A stretch of DNA of 64,000 nucleotides from Chiloscyllium plagiosum (Eukaryota). Location: NCBI RefSeq assembly GCF_004010195.1, contig NC_057717.1, forward strand, positions 104,002,282 to 104,066,281. The letters run 5' to 3'. The number at the start of each line of letters is the position of its first letter. Within the stretch, counting starts at the first letter, position 1. Below, in pieces: positions 24,988 through 37,854 of this stretch. Under the pieces are notes generated by a model. The model saw only the letters and a program-made list of their open reading frames with translations. It made no database searches and was not told the DNA's origin. Both the position numbers and the translations under genes were made by a program.

Positions 24988-26826
24988 AAAGAACTGCGGA
25001 TGCATTAAACAGAGGCAAAACCAGAAATTGCTGGAAAAGCTTAGCAGCTCTGGCAGCGTCTGTGAAGAGAAATCAGAGTTAATGTTTAGGGTCGAGTGAC
25101 CCTTCCTCAGAATTGGATGGTGTTTGGACCAATCCTTCTTCATCTTTGCTTTGTCTTGGTGGTGAGTGATAGAGGATTCACCACCATAGATTAGCTACAG
25201 ATCAGCCACTCCTTAGATAGCAAGAAGGTTCTTTTATCTTTTATTCATTCACAGAATGTGGGCATCGTTGGCTGGGTCAGCATTTATTGCCCTGTCCCTA
25301 GTTGCCCCTTGAAGAGGTGGTGGTGAGTTGCCTTCTTGAATCGCTGCAGTCCATGTGCTGTAGATTGGCCCACACTACCCTTAGGGAGGGATTTCTGCTC
25401 CCCGTGAAACCTCTACTAGAACCCCAGTCTCTGCCCACAGACTGAGGGTGATGTCTGTAGAGCGAGTGGAGCCAAGTGCACCCCTTCCCCACTGTCACCT
25501 CCACACATCTGCACATTTTGAAATCTGGTCAAAGTGTGGAGGCTGGAGAGATTGGGGGAGAGACACCAGTGGCCTATCAGACTGAGGAAGCCTACCGGAT
25601 CTTCCTGCTCATTGGTTGCCAGTGGGTTTTTGATGGATCTTAGGATCTCGGAGGGGGATGGAGGGAGCTCCAGCTGCTGGCCAGCTGGGGGACTGGCAGC
25701 CCTACAGCTCAGCAGCGCCACGGAGGAAGCTGTGGTCGCTGCTGGTACAGCGGTGGGCAGACTCCTGGGATATGGAGGTCCATCCACATGCTGATGGGGG
25801 AAGGGGTGGGGGTCAGGGAGGCTTGGCCAAGTGGAGGTGGGGGTTGTGAACTCTCAGTGTCCATCCCTCCTGCCCCATGTCCAGCCCTCTCAATCATTCA
25901 CAGACTCATTCAGATCAAGGGACTCTCTGTCCAAGATGCTACTCCACCCAAACATCCACTGAGCCAGATAGGAGAGGCTGGTTACGCTGGGACCTTTTCC
26001 CCTGGAATATGGGAGATTGAGGGGGTGATCCTATTGAGGTTTAGAAAATCATGAGGTGGGTAAGGTGAATTCAGGTGTCTTTTCCCCAGAGTGAGGGATT
26101 TGAAGACTGGAGGGCATATGTTAAAGGTGAGGAGAAAGATTTTAGAAGTACATGAGGGGTAGCTTTTTACACAGAGAATGGTTCGTGTGTGGAATGAACT
26201 TCCTGAGGAAGTGGTGGGTGTGGGGGACAGTTTAAAAGACATTCAGTTAAGTTCATGAATAAGAAATATTTGGAGTGTTATGGGTCAAACGCAGGTGGGC
26301 GGGACTAGTTTAGTTTGGGATTATGTTCAGCATGGGCTGTTGGACCAAAGGGCCTGTTTCTGACTCGATGGCTCTATGAGCTGACAGACTGCCCACTCTG
26401 TTTGATCACTCAGGTGGCCTGGCCTTTTCTCGATTGGCCTGCAGCTGGAATCATTGCAGTCCGTGTGGGATGGACTCACTAGGACACTTGGCAGGACACT
26501 GGATCTCTGACCTTCCCACTCAGACTAGAATGTAGGCAGAGAGAAAAGGCAGCAGTGTTCTGCGATGCCACCCCCCACCCCACCCCCATCTTACATCCAG
26601 GCCCAACACCTCCGGCACAGGAAGACTCTACCCCCAGTCATAAGCTCAACGTTCCCTACATGGTTTTGGTCATGACTCTGAATGTTACACACGCCTTGAC
26701 CTGATGACACCAATCCACATCTCCTTCCAACTACCCCTTGACAGTATGAACTTGGTCTCTCACCCAGCTACTTCTTACTTTGGTGTGATTCACTTCCTCC
26801 AAATGAACTGTGCTGTTACAGGAACT

Positions 26827-27515
26827 TGTATTTATCATGAACCAGACCAAACCCCTTCAAAACATGCCAAGGAAGTAGCCGAGACCCCAACCATTTCTTA
26901 TTTTGAACAGACATCCCTGGTGTTGCGTTCCAGATGCAATTCGATTGGTTGAATTACCAGGCTTGAAACAAAGCACATGTTATTCATGCACTATGATTAA
27001 AATACAGACAAAATAAAAAGAATTGGCTTAACTGTAACTCTATCAAAATACTTAATAAAATAATAAACTACGCATTAACTGTTCTGATATAATAGCATCC
27101 ACAGTGGCTCAGTGGTTAGCACTGCTGCCTCACAGCGCCAGGGACCCAGGTTCAATTCCTGCCTCAGGTGACTGTCTGTGTGGAGTTTGCACATTCTCCC
27201 CGTGTCTGTGTGGGTTTCCTCTGGGTGTTCCGGTTTCTTTCCACAGTCCAAAGATGTGTAGGTTAGGTGAATTGGCCATGCTAAATTGCCCGTAGTGTGG
27301 GTGGATTATTCAGGGGTAAATGTAGGAGAATGGGTCTGGGTGGGTTGCTCTTTGGAGGGTCGGTGTGGACTTGTTGGGCCGTAGGGCCTGTTTCCACACT
27401 GTAGGGAGTCTAATCTAAACACACCCTTGGCAAAGATAGATAGTCCCACCTATAATTCCAGCAACAGGAAGAGAACCCAGCTTTTAGATATAACAGAGAA
27501 CGAGAGAGAGAGAGG
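26827..27515 (-). mobile_element. LTR-like element with HE1 SINE (27101-27418, +) inserted
   Basis: Homology to 6136-6760 on both sides of the SINE. Confidence 0.55.
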
Positions 27516-27521
27516 ACTAAC

Positions 27522-28105
27522 TCAATTCATTATCTACAAAACTCTGCAGTTTGTAAATGATATGCATTGATCGTGACTCAGTGTGAGTTGAATTGTCCAT
27601 AACTGATGGATTTGGGTAAATTCTCAGTGTGAGTTGTAAAGTTTCACAATGTGGGCAAATGTTCCATGAACAGATTGCGTGAAGAGGGGAAATTCGAATT
27701 CCTTTGATCATATAATTGAGCAAATCAGCAACTCACTTTATATTTCTCACTAGTTTTTATGAGCCAAATAATCTATCCCTGCAGACAATTTTGTCAGAAA
27801 TATTCTTTTGTAGTCTGCATTGGACTATGGTACTTTACTGTTGACATGACAGAAGCTGAAGATTAAATGTGTTTAAGATTTTTTAGGATGGTAATAAATC
27901 ATTTTTATGTACTTGGAGAAAGGATCCATTAAAGAATAGACAGAAAATTTGCGATAATACTATTACTGATTGGTGATAAACTGTGGGAGGAGAACATATC
28001 ACTCATTCGCTTTTGTAGCTGGATAACCATCAATGACGGGTAATGTTGGAGATTCACAGAGATAAACAAATGCTCTTCTCTCCTAGAGTTGGAATTTATA
28101 TCGAA
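27522..28105 (-). pseudogene. GREB1-like: GREB1-like blocks 10-11
   Basis: REEHLFISVNLQHYP vs KEAPNIVTLHVTSFP; IRISPLHAICSW vs [20 protein letters not shown] vs YFGLSEFIE. GTTAGT donor at 27521. Confidence 0.7.
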
Positions 28106-28336
28106 TCATTCCTGCTTTCACCACTGAAACATGGGATTTATCCTGAAACTCTTTGGTTGTTATATCAGTTTAGCTTTGATCACTACCCTGGTCACTTTCT
28201 GGTGCAAAAAATGTAAGTTTATTCCACACTCTTGGACTTTTTCTTGGGCTTGTTATTAATCTTCAGGAACTAACAAGGAATTCAACTGGATCATTTCCTT
28301 CCAACTGTGAGAGAAGCCAGAAAAGTGAGGAGGTGG

Positions 28337-28647
28337 ATTCGATTCGATTGGATTAGTTGTAATGAGGAAACAGGCCATTTGGGCCCAACAAGTCTACACC
28401 AACCCTCTGAAGAGTAACCCACCCAGCCCCACTCCCCTACCCAAATTTATCCCTGACTGTTGCACCTAACAGTATGGGCAATTTTGCATGGCCAATCCAC
28501 CCTAATCTGCACATCCTCACATTGTGGGAGGAAACCAGAGCACGCACAGGGAAGGATGTGCAAACTCCACATAGACAGTCACCCAAGGCTGGAATTGAAC
28601 CCAGGTCCCTGGCACTGTAAGGCAGCAGTACTGACCACTGAGCCACC
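28337..28647 (-). mobile_element. HE1-type SINE
   Basis: Head, V-domain and tail. Confidence 0.85.
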
Positions 28648-28799
28648 TGATTCATTACCCCCACTCGATACAACTCCCAACACCAGTGGCCCTCAGTCAC
28701 CCAGTGCTGGTGTTACATAAATGAAAGCCGTTGTTGCTGTATTGAATCTTGCTATCCCCACAATCCTAAGGTGACAATCCTACTGATTAGCTACAGAGG

Positions 28800-29512
28800 G
28801 TCTACAGTGTGAAAACGGACCCTTGAGCACATGCTGCCCAGTTTTCACAATTAATCTAGTCCCATTTGCCTGTGTTTGGTCCATATCCCTCCATTCTGAT
28901 CCCATCCATGGACCTGACCAAATGTTTCTTAAAATGATGAAATTGTACCCACCTCCACCACTCCCTCTGGCAGCCTGTCCCAGACATTCACTGCCCTCTG
29001 TGTGAAAAAATTGCCCCTCTGCACCATTTTGTATCTCTCCCCTCTCACCTTAAACCTATGCCCTCTAGTTTTAGAACCCCTTTACCATGGGGAAATGCTG
29101 TTGACTGCCTACCTTATCTATGCCTCTCCTGACTTTATATACCTCTATCACGACACCCCCTCAGTCTCCTAAAATTCAAGGAACAAAAGTCCCAGCCTAT
29201 CCAGCCTCTCCTTCTAACTCAGACTTTTCAGTTCAGTTAGCATCCTGGGAAATCTTGTCTGCACTCTTTCTAGTTTAAGAACATCCTTTGTATAGACCAC
29301 AAAGCAGACTCAACCCTGGCTTCTTGCATGACCATTTAGAGTCATAGAGTCATAGAGATGTACAGCATGGAAACAGACCCTTCGGTCCAACCTGTCCATG
29401 CCGACCAGATATCCCAACCCAATCTAGTCCCACCTGCCAATCTAGTCCCTCCCAACCCTTCCTATTCACATACCCATCTAAATGCCTCTTAAATGTTGCA
29501 ATTGTACCAGCC
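28800..29512 (-). mobile_element. Two CR1 LINE 3' fragments
   Basis: ORF2 end and tails on the minus strand. Confidence 0.8.
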
Positions 29513-29730
29513 TGTCTAAGTATTGTGTGCCCATCTCACACCCTTCCCAACGTTTGGCATCTTCAGCGTTTTTGAGCGTTCAATCCACCAGATGGGCCCA
29601 GATCTCCTTCTCCGGCTCCGAGCAAAGGTCACTGCACCCAAAACGTTCAACTTTGATTTCTCTCCACAAACGCTGCCAGACTTACTGAGTTTTTCCAGCA
29701 ACTTCTGTTGTTGTTTTCGATAAGGAATGA

Positions 29731-29930
29731 CTATTTCCCAGAACTGTTCAGCTCATTTTCCTGAAGATGCTCAAAGATTTCAGCCAGTAGTATCAGAATA
29801 ATAAAGTCAAATGTCATGACAGATTTAATATGAGGCGTCTTGTACAGATGTAAATATAGATGGTTTGAAATGTAATTAAATTGATTTACACAGGGTAAGT
29901 AAACCACTGAAAAATGTTGGTCACATAATT
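29731..29930 (-). pseudogene. GREB1-like: GREB1-like block 9 (Walker-B-like region)
   Basis: Acceptor ttctttggcctcag. LYKTPHIKSVMTFD vs SFQNPHTLFVLIHD. Confidence 0.6.
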
Positions 29931-30159
29931 CTGAGGCCAAAGAATAGAACAAATGATGTAAACTTGACTCATGGCTGTGATTTATTTTAAAATCTAAACA
30001 GTAATAATAACAAGGCTGGGAGACTCATTAAAGAACACCATCATGTGACCAATTCAGCATGGTTTTTACTCTCTGTGACCTTGGGCATGCGGATTGACAA
30101 TGATGTGCGAAAATAGTGTAAAATATTTAAAAACCTTCAACTTTCATTTCAATACCTCT

Positions 30160-31790
30160 GTAAACTCCTCCAACCCCTACACCCTTCCCTATCTCCGTAA
30201 CTTCCTCCAACCCCTATATCCCACCTTAACTCTGTAAGTAACCAACCCCTACACCTGCTCCCTATCTCAGTAACCAACCCCTACACCTGCTCCCTATCTC
30301 AGTAACCAACCCCTACACCTGCTCCCTATCTCAGTAACCAACCCCTACACCTGCTCCCTATCTCAGTAACCAACCCCTACACCTGCTCCCTATCTCAGTA
30401 ACCAACCCCTACACCTGCTCCCTATCTCAGTAACCAACCCCTACACCTGCTCCCTATCTCAGTAACCAACCCCTACACCTGCTCCCTATCTCAGTAACCA
30501 ACCCCTACACCTGCTCCCTATCTCAGTAACCTCCTCCAACCCCTACACCTGCTCCCTATCTCAGTAACCAACCCCTACACCTGCTCCCTATCTCAGTAAC
30601 CAACCCCTACACCTGCTCCCTATCTCAGTAACCAACCCCTACACCTGCTCCCTATCTCAGTAACCAACCCCTACACCTGCTCCCTATCTCAGTAACCAAC
30701 CCCTACACCTGCTCCCTATCTCAGTAACCAACCCCTACACCTGCTCCCTATCTCAGTAACCAACCCCTACACCTGCTCCCTATCTCAGTAACCAACCCCT
30801 ACACCTGCTCCCTATCTCAGTAACCAACCCCTACACCTGCTCCCTATCTCAGTAACCAACCCCTACACCTGCTCCCTATCTCAGTAACCAACCCCTACAC
30901 CTGCTCCCTATCTCAGTAACCAACCCCTACACCTGCTCCCTATCTCAGTAACCAACCCCTACACCTGCTCCCTATCTCAGTAACCAACCCCTACACCTGC
31001 TCCCTATCTCAGTAACCAACCCCTACACCTGCTCCCTATCTCAGTAACCAACCCCTACACCTGCTCCCTATCTCAGTAACCAACCCCTACACCTGCTCCC
31101 TATCTCAGTAACCAACCCCTACACCTGCTCCCTATCTCAGTAACCAACCCCTACACCTGCTCCCTATCTCAGTAACCTCCTCCAACCCCTACACCTGCTC
31201 CCTATCTCAGTAACCTCCTCCAACCCCTACATCTGCTCCCTATCTCAGTAACCTCCTCCAACCCCTACACCTGCTCCCTATCTCAGTAACCTCCTCCAAC
31301 CCCTACACCTGCTCCCTATCTCAGTAACCTCCTCCAACCCCTACACCTGCTCCCTATCTCAGTAACCTCCTCCAACCCCTACACCTGCTCCCTATCTCAG
31401 TAACCTCCTCCAACCCCTACACCTGCTCCCTATCTCAGTAACCTCCTCCAACCCCTACACCTGCTCCCTATCTCAGTAACCTCCTCCAACCCCTACACCT
31501 GCTCCCTATCTCAGTAACCTCCTCCAACCCCTACACCTGCTCCCTATCTCAGTAACCTCCTCCAACCCCTACACCTGCTCCCTATCTCAGTAACCTCCTC
31601 CAACCCCTACACCTGCTCCCTATCTCAGTAACCTCCTCCAACCCCTACACCTGCTCCCTATCTCAGTAACCTCCTCCAACCCCTACACCTGCTCCCTATC
31701 TCAGTAACCTCCTCCAATCCCTACACACACTCCCTATCTCCTCCCTATATCTGTAACTTTCTCCAGCTCCTATATCCTTCCCTATCTCTG
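30160..31790. repeat. 32/38-bp minisatellite (accaacccctacacctgctccctatctcagta, +ctcctc variant)
   Basis: Near-perfect tandem units with degenerate edges. Confidence 0.95.
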
Positions 31791-31798
31791 TGAAGTAC

Positions 31799-32003
31799 CT
31801 CAAGAGGGTTTCAACACAATCAGGATGAAATACAAAGGCACGTTATTGTTGCAGCTTTGGTCCACTGGGTTGGCTGTAAGTCCAATGTTACGCCTTCCTT
31901 TGGTGCCTGTCTGCACTGTAGCCTCTGTCCAGGATCATCATGAGGTGGCTCACAACTTAAGAGATGAGCAAAAACTCCCCATTTTACTGGTGATACCCAC
32001 ACC
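31799..32003 (-). pseudogene. GREB1-like: GREB1-like block 8
   Basis: Acceptor cattttcag. VSPVKWGVFAHLLS..GVTLDLQ vs IRPFQLAVAQKLLS..TQNLDLG. A frameshifted tail LYFILIVLKPS matches VDFLICIPPS. Confidence 0.65.
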
Positions 32004-32245
32004 CTGAAAATGATTTACAGCCAATGAAATATCTTTGCGACACTTTCACTGTTGAGATGTGGGGAATGTGAAACCAATTTCCACACAGCAGAAAGCCCAC
32101 TATGAAATGTCTGCCCAGATACTCCATAGGTAAAATCCCATTTACTGCTGCTATTGTATTAGCCTCTGGTTTTCCTGGCTGGCAGCTCAGGATACTGCAC
32201 TGTCAATAGTTTTAAAACACTTCAACTCACAACCTTCTGCCTCAG

Positions 32246-32592
32246 TAGCTCAATGGTAAGCACTGCTGCCTCACAGTGTCAGTGACCTGGATTCGATTCT
32301 GCCCTCAGGCGACAGTCTGTGTGGAATTTGTACATTCTCCCCACCTGCATTGTTTCCCTCTGGGTTCTCCAGTTTCCACCCACCGTCCAAAGATGTGCAG
32401 GTTAGGGTGGATTGGCCACGTTAAACTGCCCCATTGTGTCCAGGGATGTGCAGGCTAGGTGGGTTAGCCATTGGAAACACAGGGTGACAGGGATAGAGTT
32501 AGGAAGTGGGTCTGGTTAGAATGCTCTTCAGAGGGTTGGTGTGGACTCGATGGGCCAAATGGCCTGTTTCCACACTGTAGGGATTCTATGAT
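32246..32592 (+). mobile_element. HE1-type SINE
   Basis: Head, V-domain and tail. Confidence 0.85.
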
Positions 32593-32886
32593 TCAGTGTA
32601 AGTGATGTGGTGATGTGAACAACATTGGCGATCAGGCAGTAGTGTAGAAGTTGCGGAGGGAGCTGTATTAGCAAGCTGAAGATTCATCCATTTATATGAC
32701 ATGCACTGTTTCACTATTTTAGCTCAGGTTTTAGTCCATTTATTTGAGCACTTGCTAAAGTACTGGAGGAAAACAAAACTAATGTTTGAAACACTCATTT
32801 GAAAATTCCTAAAATGTTATATTTCTGTGTACATGAGTACAGTTCCACACACCATTATCATGGACTGGAATTGTTACAGAACTAAC

Positions 32887-32967
32887 CTACAGCTCAGTTC
32901 ACTGATGGTAGCCTTGAGGTTTAATGAATATGCAGATGAACTATGCTGTGATCTAGCTGCGACTCTG
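32887..32967 (-). pseudogene. GREB1-like: GREB1-like candidate 81-bp exon (RVAARSQHSSSAYSLNLKATISELSCR)
   Basis: Pyrimidine-rich ...CTAG acceptor and AG|GTTAGT donor. Phase 2-2 matches both neighbours. Sequence similarity is weak. Confidence 0.45.
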
Positions 32968-33553
32968 CTAGATGGTTTGAAGAACAGCAGCAAAGGACAG
33001 CGATGTCTGTTGCAAGGTCGTTATGTTTACCATGGAAAACTTACTCTTGGAAGAAAGTTCAGATAAACTCAGCTCAATGCTCAAGGTATTCCTTCCAACG
33101 TTTGGACTGGGGTGTACAAAGTTAAAAATCACGCAACACCAGGTTATAGTCCAACAGGTTTATTGGAAGCACTAGCTTTCGGAGCGACGCTCCTTCATCA
33201 GGTGGCTGTGACCACCACCAGCAGCTTCCCATTAAACCTGTTAGACTATAAACTGAGTTTATCTGAACCCCACACTAAAGCATTCACTGCCATTTTGTTG
33301 TTGTTGGAAAAATCAATGGTTGCAAGAACATTCCAACAGGTAAGTTATGCAGCAATTAACTTCTGAATGTCCCTGGGTGCTATATAGGTAATTCTCCAGC
33401 CTGATGGACTTGACCACTGACCTTAAAGGGATGCAATCAGGGTTCGTTACCTCATGTCCGAACTGTTCTTCAGAACCCATGAGCAATGCTGTACAACTGA
33501 CTTGATCAAAACCCCCTCATAATTGTGACTGCCCCTGTTAAATCTTCACTTAC

Positions 33554-33990
33554 AGACCTCTGGCTGAAGGACAATAACTACACATTCCTTGTACTAAGGC
33601 ACCCAATGACCAGAGTCTGTATTTTAGATATATTACAGTAAGCGGGAGTGCGCATTGGTAATATTTTGGATTTAAAACCATCTTTCTACATATTCCAATA
33701 TTAACCTTCGTGCAGGCACTTAAAGCCACAATCATAACCTTTGACCTCTTTCTCAGCTCTGTTGACAGGTTTGAGCTGTCTGACTTAGTTGCAATGATAA
33801 GAATGCAGAGAAACACTTCCAGTAAGCAGTTACAGATTGAAATGCTAGAGGCCTTTACTCATGAGCAAGATAAACCCTGGGCCAGGCTTTGTGTAATGAG
33901 GCCACATCCATCATTCTGATGCATTGCTCATTCCTGACTCCGCTGAAGAGCTCTGAGTGCGGCTAACAGCCACAGATTGGCACAAACACA
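33554..33990 (-). pseudogene. GREB1-like: GREB1-like block 7
   Basis: NDGCGLITQSLAQGLS vs NDSVHVIECAYSLAEGLS; KVMIVALSAC..VLNPKYYQ..RLWSLGALVQGMC vs NYVVIICAC..LLTPAEYQ..KVDSLGAFFSTLC. Ends at a GTAAGT donor (33553-33548). Internal stops. Confidence 0.8.
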
Positions 33991-34649
33991 GCACACAGGC
34001 TGCTAGGACATTGCTCAGCCCACACTGCAGCATCAGATCTCAGTGGGCTGGGGGTGGGATGGGCCCCTGTGTGAGTGTTGTGACCAGTATTGCCAGCTCT
34101 GGAGAGGGTGCAGGGGGCTAAATCTTGGGGGTCATACTTCATGAGCCCCCATCTGCTCTGCTCCTGGGTTGATGATGTGCTGGTCTGGCCATCAGTATCC
34201 CTCTCCTTCTTCTCCAGCTCCCTCATGCTTCTCTTGTCTGTCTGGGTGTAGTGGGTAAGATGCCTCCCGTTTATCTCTCAGCCTCCCAGCCCACAAGCCT
34301 CCTTCCTTATGAAGGGCTTAGGCCCGAGATGTCGATTCTCCTGCTCCTCAGATGCTGCCTGACCCTGCTGTGCTTTTCCAGCACCACACCCTCGACTCTG
34401 ATCGCCAGCCTCTGCAGTCCTCATTTTCTACTAACTGCCCTTAACGATACCCCTGCAGTGCTGAGGGAGGCCTGTACTATCACTTGGACCAGAAATGAAA
34501 CCAATCCCTGTCTGCCCTCTCATTTGATTACAAAAGACACCTCAATACCAATTCAAAGAAGACTGAATATTGAAAATTAAGTATCTGGCTATTTATTTCA
34601 TTGTCATCTGTGGGTTCTTGCTGTCTGTATTTTTGTTGTCATGCATCAT

Positions 34650-35246
34650 GGCCTGGTTACTGGTAACTGCCCTGCTCAGGACTATAAGCAACTATAGAGA
34701 GTCATGAACACAGCCCAGTCCATCACACAAGCCAAACTTCCAACCATTGACTCCATCTACACCTCCCCCTGCATTGGGAAGGCAGCTGACATCATCAAAA
34801 ACACCTCCTACTCAGGTTCCTGAAGAAGGGCTTATGCCCGAAATGTCGATTCTCCTGCTCCTTGGATGCTGCCTGACCCTGCTGCGCTTTTCCAGCGACA
34901 CATTTTCAGCTCTGATCTCCAGCATCTGCAGACCTCACTTTCTCCTACTCAGGTAATACTCTCTTCCAACCTCTTCCATCAGGCAGAAGATACAAAAACT
35001 TAAACACACATACCAACAGATTCAAGAACAGCTTCTTCCCTGCTGTTGTCAGATGTCTGAACAGATCTCTCAGATTTCAAATTTAATGTTAATCTCGCTC
35101 TTTGTGAAACTTCTCTGCAGCAGTAACATTGTATCTCTCGCTCTGCCCTAGCACTCTATATTTATATGACCTATATCACACACAAAACAAAACTTTTCAC
35201 TGTACCTAGGTACATATGATGATGATAAATCAAATCAAATCAAATC
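34650..35246 (+). mobile_element. LINE 3' end with (aaatc)n tail and nested Penelope fragment (34817-34950)
   Basis: ttcaagaacagcttcttccc motif. cctactcagg is duplicated at both sides of the Penelope piece. Confidence 0.65.
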
Positions 35247-35959
35247 ACAGAAATGTTTCATTGTTTGGAAAGTCCTCCTGAAATTCTAAGGGTTCTTTCT
35301 TGTCCGCAGTTAGTTGAGTTGTGGGAATTGTGTGTGGTGAACCTTGTGTTTCGTTTTTAGTGAAAGTATAGCTATGGAGGTTAAGCTATCCCAGAATTCA
35401 TAGGATTGGTGAAAGCCTACCATCCACTTGAGTGCAATGCTTTTTAAGCAAGAAATTTTTTAGTTGCCGTTGATAATATTGGGGGGGGCCCTTTGCCTGC
35501 TGAGGGAGAAACAGCAGCATCGAATCACCAGAATGCTGATGGGGAAGGATAGATTGCATAAACCTTGCTTGGATTTCAGAAGATTGAGGGGTGATCTATA
35601 TGGTTTTAAGGCATACGTTTAAGGTGAGGGGGGAAGGTTTAGAAGGGACCTAAGGGGCAATGTTTTCATACAGAGGGTGGTGTGTGCATGGAATGAGCTG
35701 CTGAGGAAGTGGTGGAGGCTGGTACAATTACAACACTTAAAAGGCATCTGGATGGGTATAAACAGGAAGGGTTTAGAGGAGTACAGGCCAAATGCTGGCA
35801 AATGGGACTAGATTAATTTAGGATAAGTGGTTGGCATGAACTGAAGGGTCTGTTTCCGTGCTCTACAGCTCAATGGCTCTATGACTCTATCTGGTTGAGT
35901 TGTTTCAAATGCAAACTGATAAGAGCAGATTAGGAGAGGTTATTCCCATTGCTGGGAAG

Positions 35960-36169
35960 TCAAGAACCAAATGATGCAATGCTAGAATGAGAGAGAGGCC
36001 TGTACACCAGAAACACATTTCCACTGAACTGCAGTCTGAAGCTCTCTACACAAAAGGCAATAAGTGCAGTTATTGGAACTTCGAAGGCTGTGATTGAGGG
36101 AGTTTTGCCAAGTGATGAATCAAGGCACGTGTAGCTAAACAAAACAAAGGGAATTAATATCAGGTTCAA
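35960..36169 (-). pseudogene. GREB1-like: GREB1-like block 6
   Basis: NLILIPFVLFSYTCLDSSLGKTPSITAFE vs GREB1L [25 protein letters not shown] (recalled). Confidence 0.5.
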
Positions 36170-36769
36170 ATCTGGAGTTGGGGCTAGTCTTGATAATGGC
36201 GGCCTAAAACTATCACTGAATATTGTTAAAAACCCATCTGGGTCACTAATGTCCTTTAGGGAAGGAAACTGCCATCCTTACCTGGTCTGACCTACAGGTG
36301 ACTCCAGACCCACAGCAATGTGGTTGACTCTTAAAAAAAGTCAGGACTTAATCGATAGGAAGAGCAGATATGAGGGGTTAATTGGCCTCTTCCTGCTCTT
36401 ACTCATGACAGGTCACAATGCGATGCTCAGAAACGTTGATGGAAACTTTGTTCCCAGTGGTTGGTCAGTCAGTGGGGACAGGCTGCCCAGTCTCCTGCTG
36501 GAGAGAGTATTTGTGGTAGAGGTCTGGGTGAGGTCAATCACAAACCTGGCTTGCACTCAGAAAGAAGGGGAATTTTCCCATCTGTGGAAATGTCATCAGG
36601 CCCGGGGTGGGGGGGAGAAGGAGGACATTAGCAGGAAAGGAATGCTAACATAAGAATCAAAACAGCCTCCCACCTCTTTCAAGCAATTCAGTTACCAACA
36701 AGCCACAGCTGAGGGCACTATATGTGTTGCAAGACCATTCACCCTTTTAAAAATAGAACGGACACAAAG

Positions 36770-37099
36770 AGGTCAGAACAGTGTAGGTATCTCTTCCAAG
36801 TTCATGTACAGTTCAAGAGTAGATGGCAAATTGGATACTGATATTTGAGATTATGTATTTCCGACATGAGTGTAGGGCAAGTTAAGCAACCTCTGTGTTT
36901 TCAGCTCAAAGCCCTGACCCTGGAAGGACATGGTGAACCGAGACCGTGTTGCAAATTGAATTAAGGTGTGCAAGACCAGGAAGGATTGCTCCAAACCAGT
37001 AAGTAAGGAATGACTGACTCCACAACAGAAAAGAACTAGAGTGGCCATATTGAAGGGATTTGGCAGAGACCAAATGAAGGGGCGCTCCCTTTGTTGCAA
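36770..37099 (-). pseudogene. GREB1-like: GREB1-like block 5
   Basis: TLIQFATRSRFTMSFQGQG...NLPYTHVGN vs [25 protein letters not shown], then a stop, then SQISVSNL vs NDVVVSPL. Confidence 0.7.
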
Positions 37100-37854
37100 A
37101 CTGGAAAGAGCAGCTTCAAGAGCCAGGTTTAATTGTAGCGTTGGCTGAATGAATCAGGTGAGTACCTGAAGGGGACCATTTAACAGGGATCTGCAAATAG
37201 AACAGGGGATTAAGACTGATTAGAAAGCTTCTTTTTAAACATTTGGTATAGACTGGATGGGCTGATTGGCCTCCTACACACTGTAACAGTCTGTGTTATG
37301 ATGCTATGTGACAATGTGGTCACTGAGACTGAAGGCCCAGCCAGTGACGCCCATGTCCCACGAGTGGACAAAACAGAAACTAGCAGCAACCCAGATAGAG
37401 GCAGTAAATGTCCCGAACTGCTGCAGTCCTTGGGATTCTCCTTATTATATTAGGTAGGCTGTATGAAATTAGTATGTAAAATATCTGCAATGCACTGTTC
37501 ATTTTTTTTTTTTATTTTGTTGTTTTCTTTTTTTTTTCTACCACCTAAGTGCGGTAGTGCTTATTTTATCCCCAGCACCCATGGTGTGTGTGTGCAGGTG
37601 TGAGACACAGTGAAAGACACAAAGTGCACCAATCTTTATTTAATTTCCACCACCAGGAAGATAGCAATGCACTGTTCATAAGGTCTCAGGATGACTGGGG
37701 ATAGGAGGAGGCCATTCAACTCTGTGTGTTCGCATTGACTGTTTCAATGAGCAATATGTCCCATTCTCCCACCTTTTACCCAGAATCTGTTTCCAATGAT
37801 GATCAGATTTAGTTTGAAATTAATGACAGGATGCAGCTCATGAGATAGCGGATC

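Noticed and set aside
30241..31740. CRISPR-like periodic array
   Set aside because: Head-to-tail units with no unique spacers, no cas genes and a vertebrate context.
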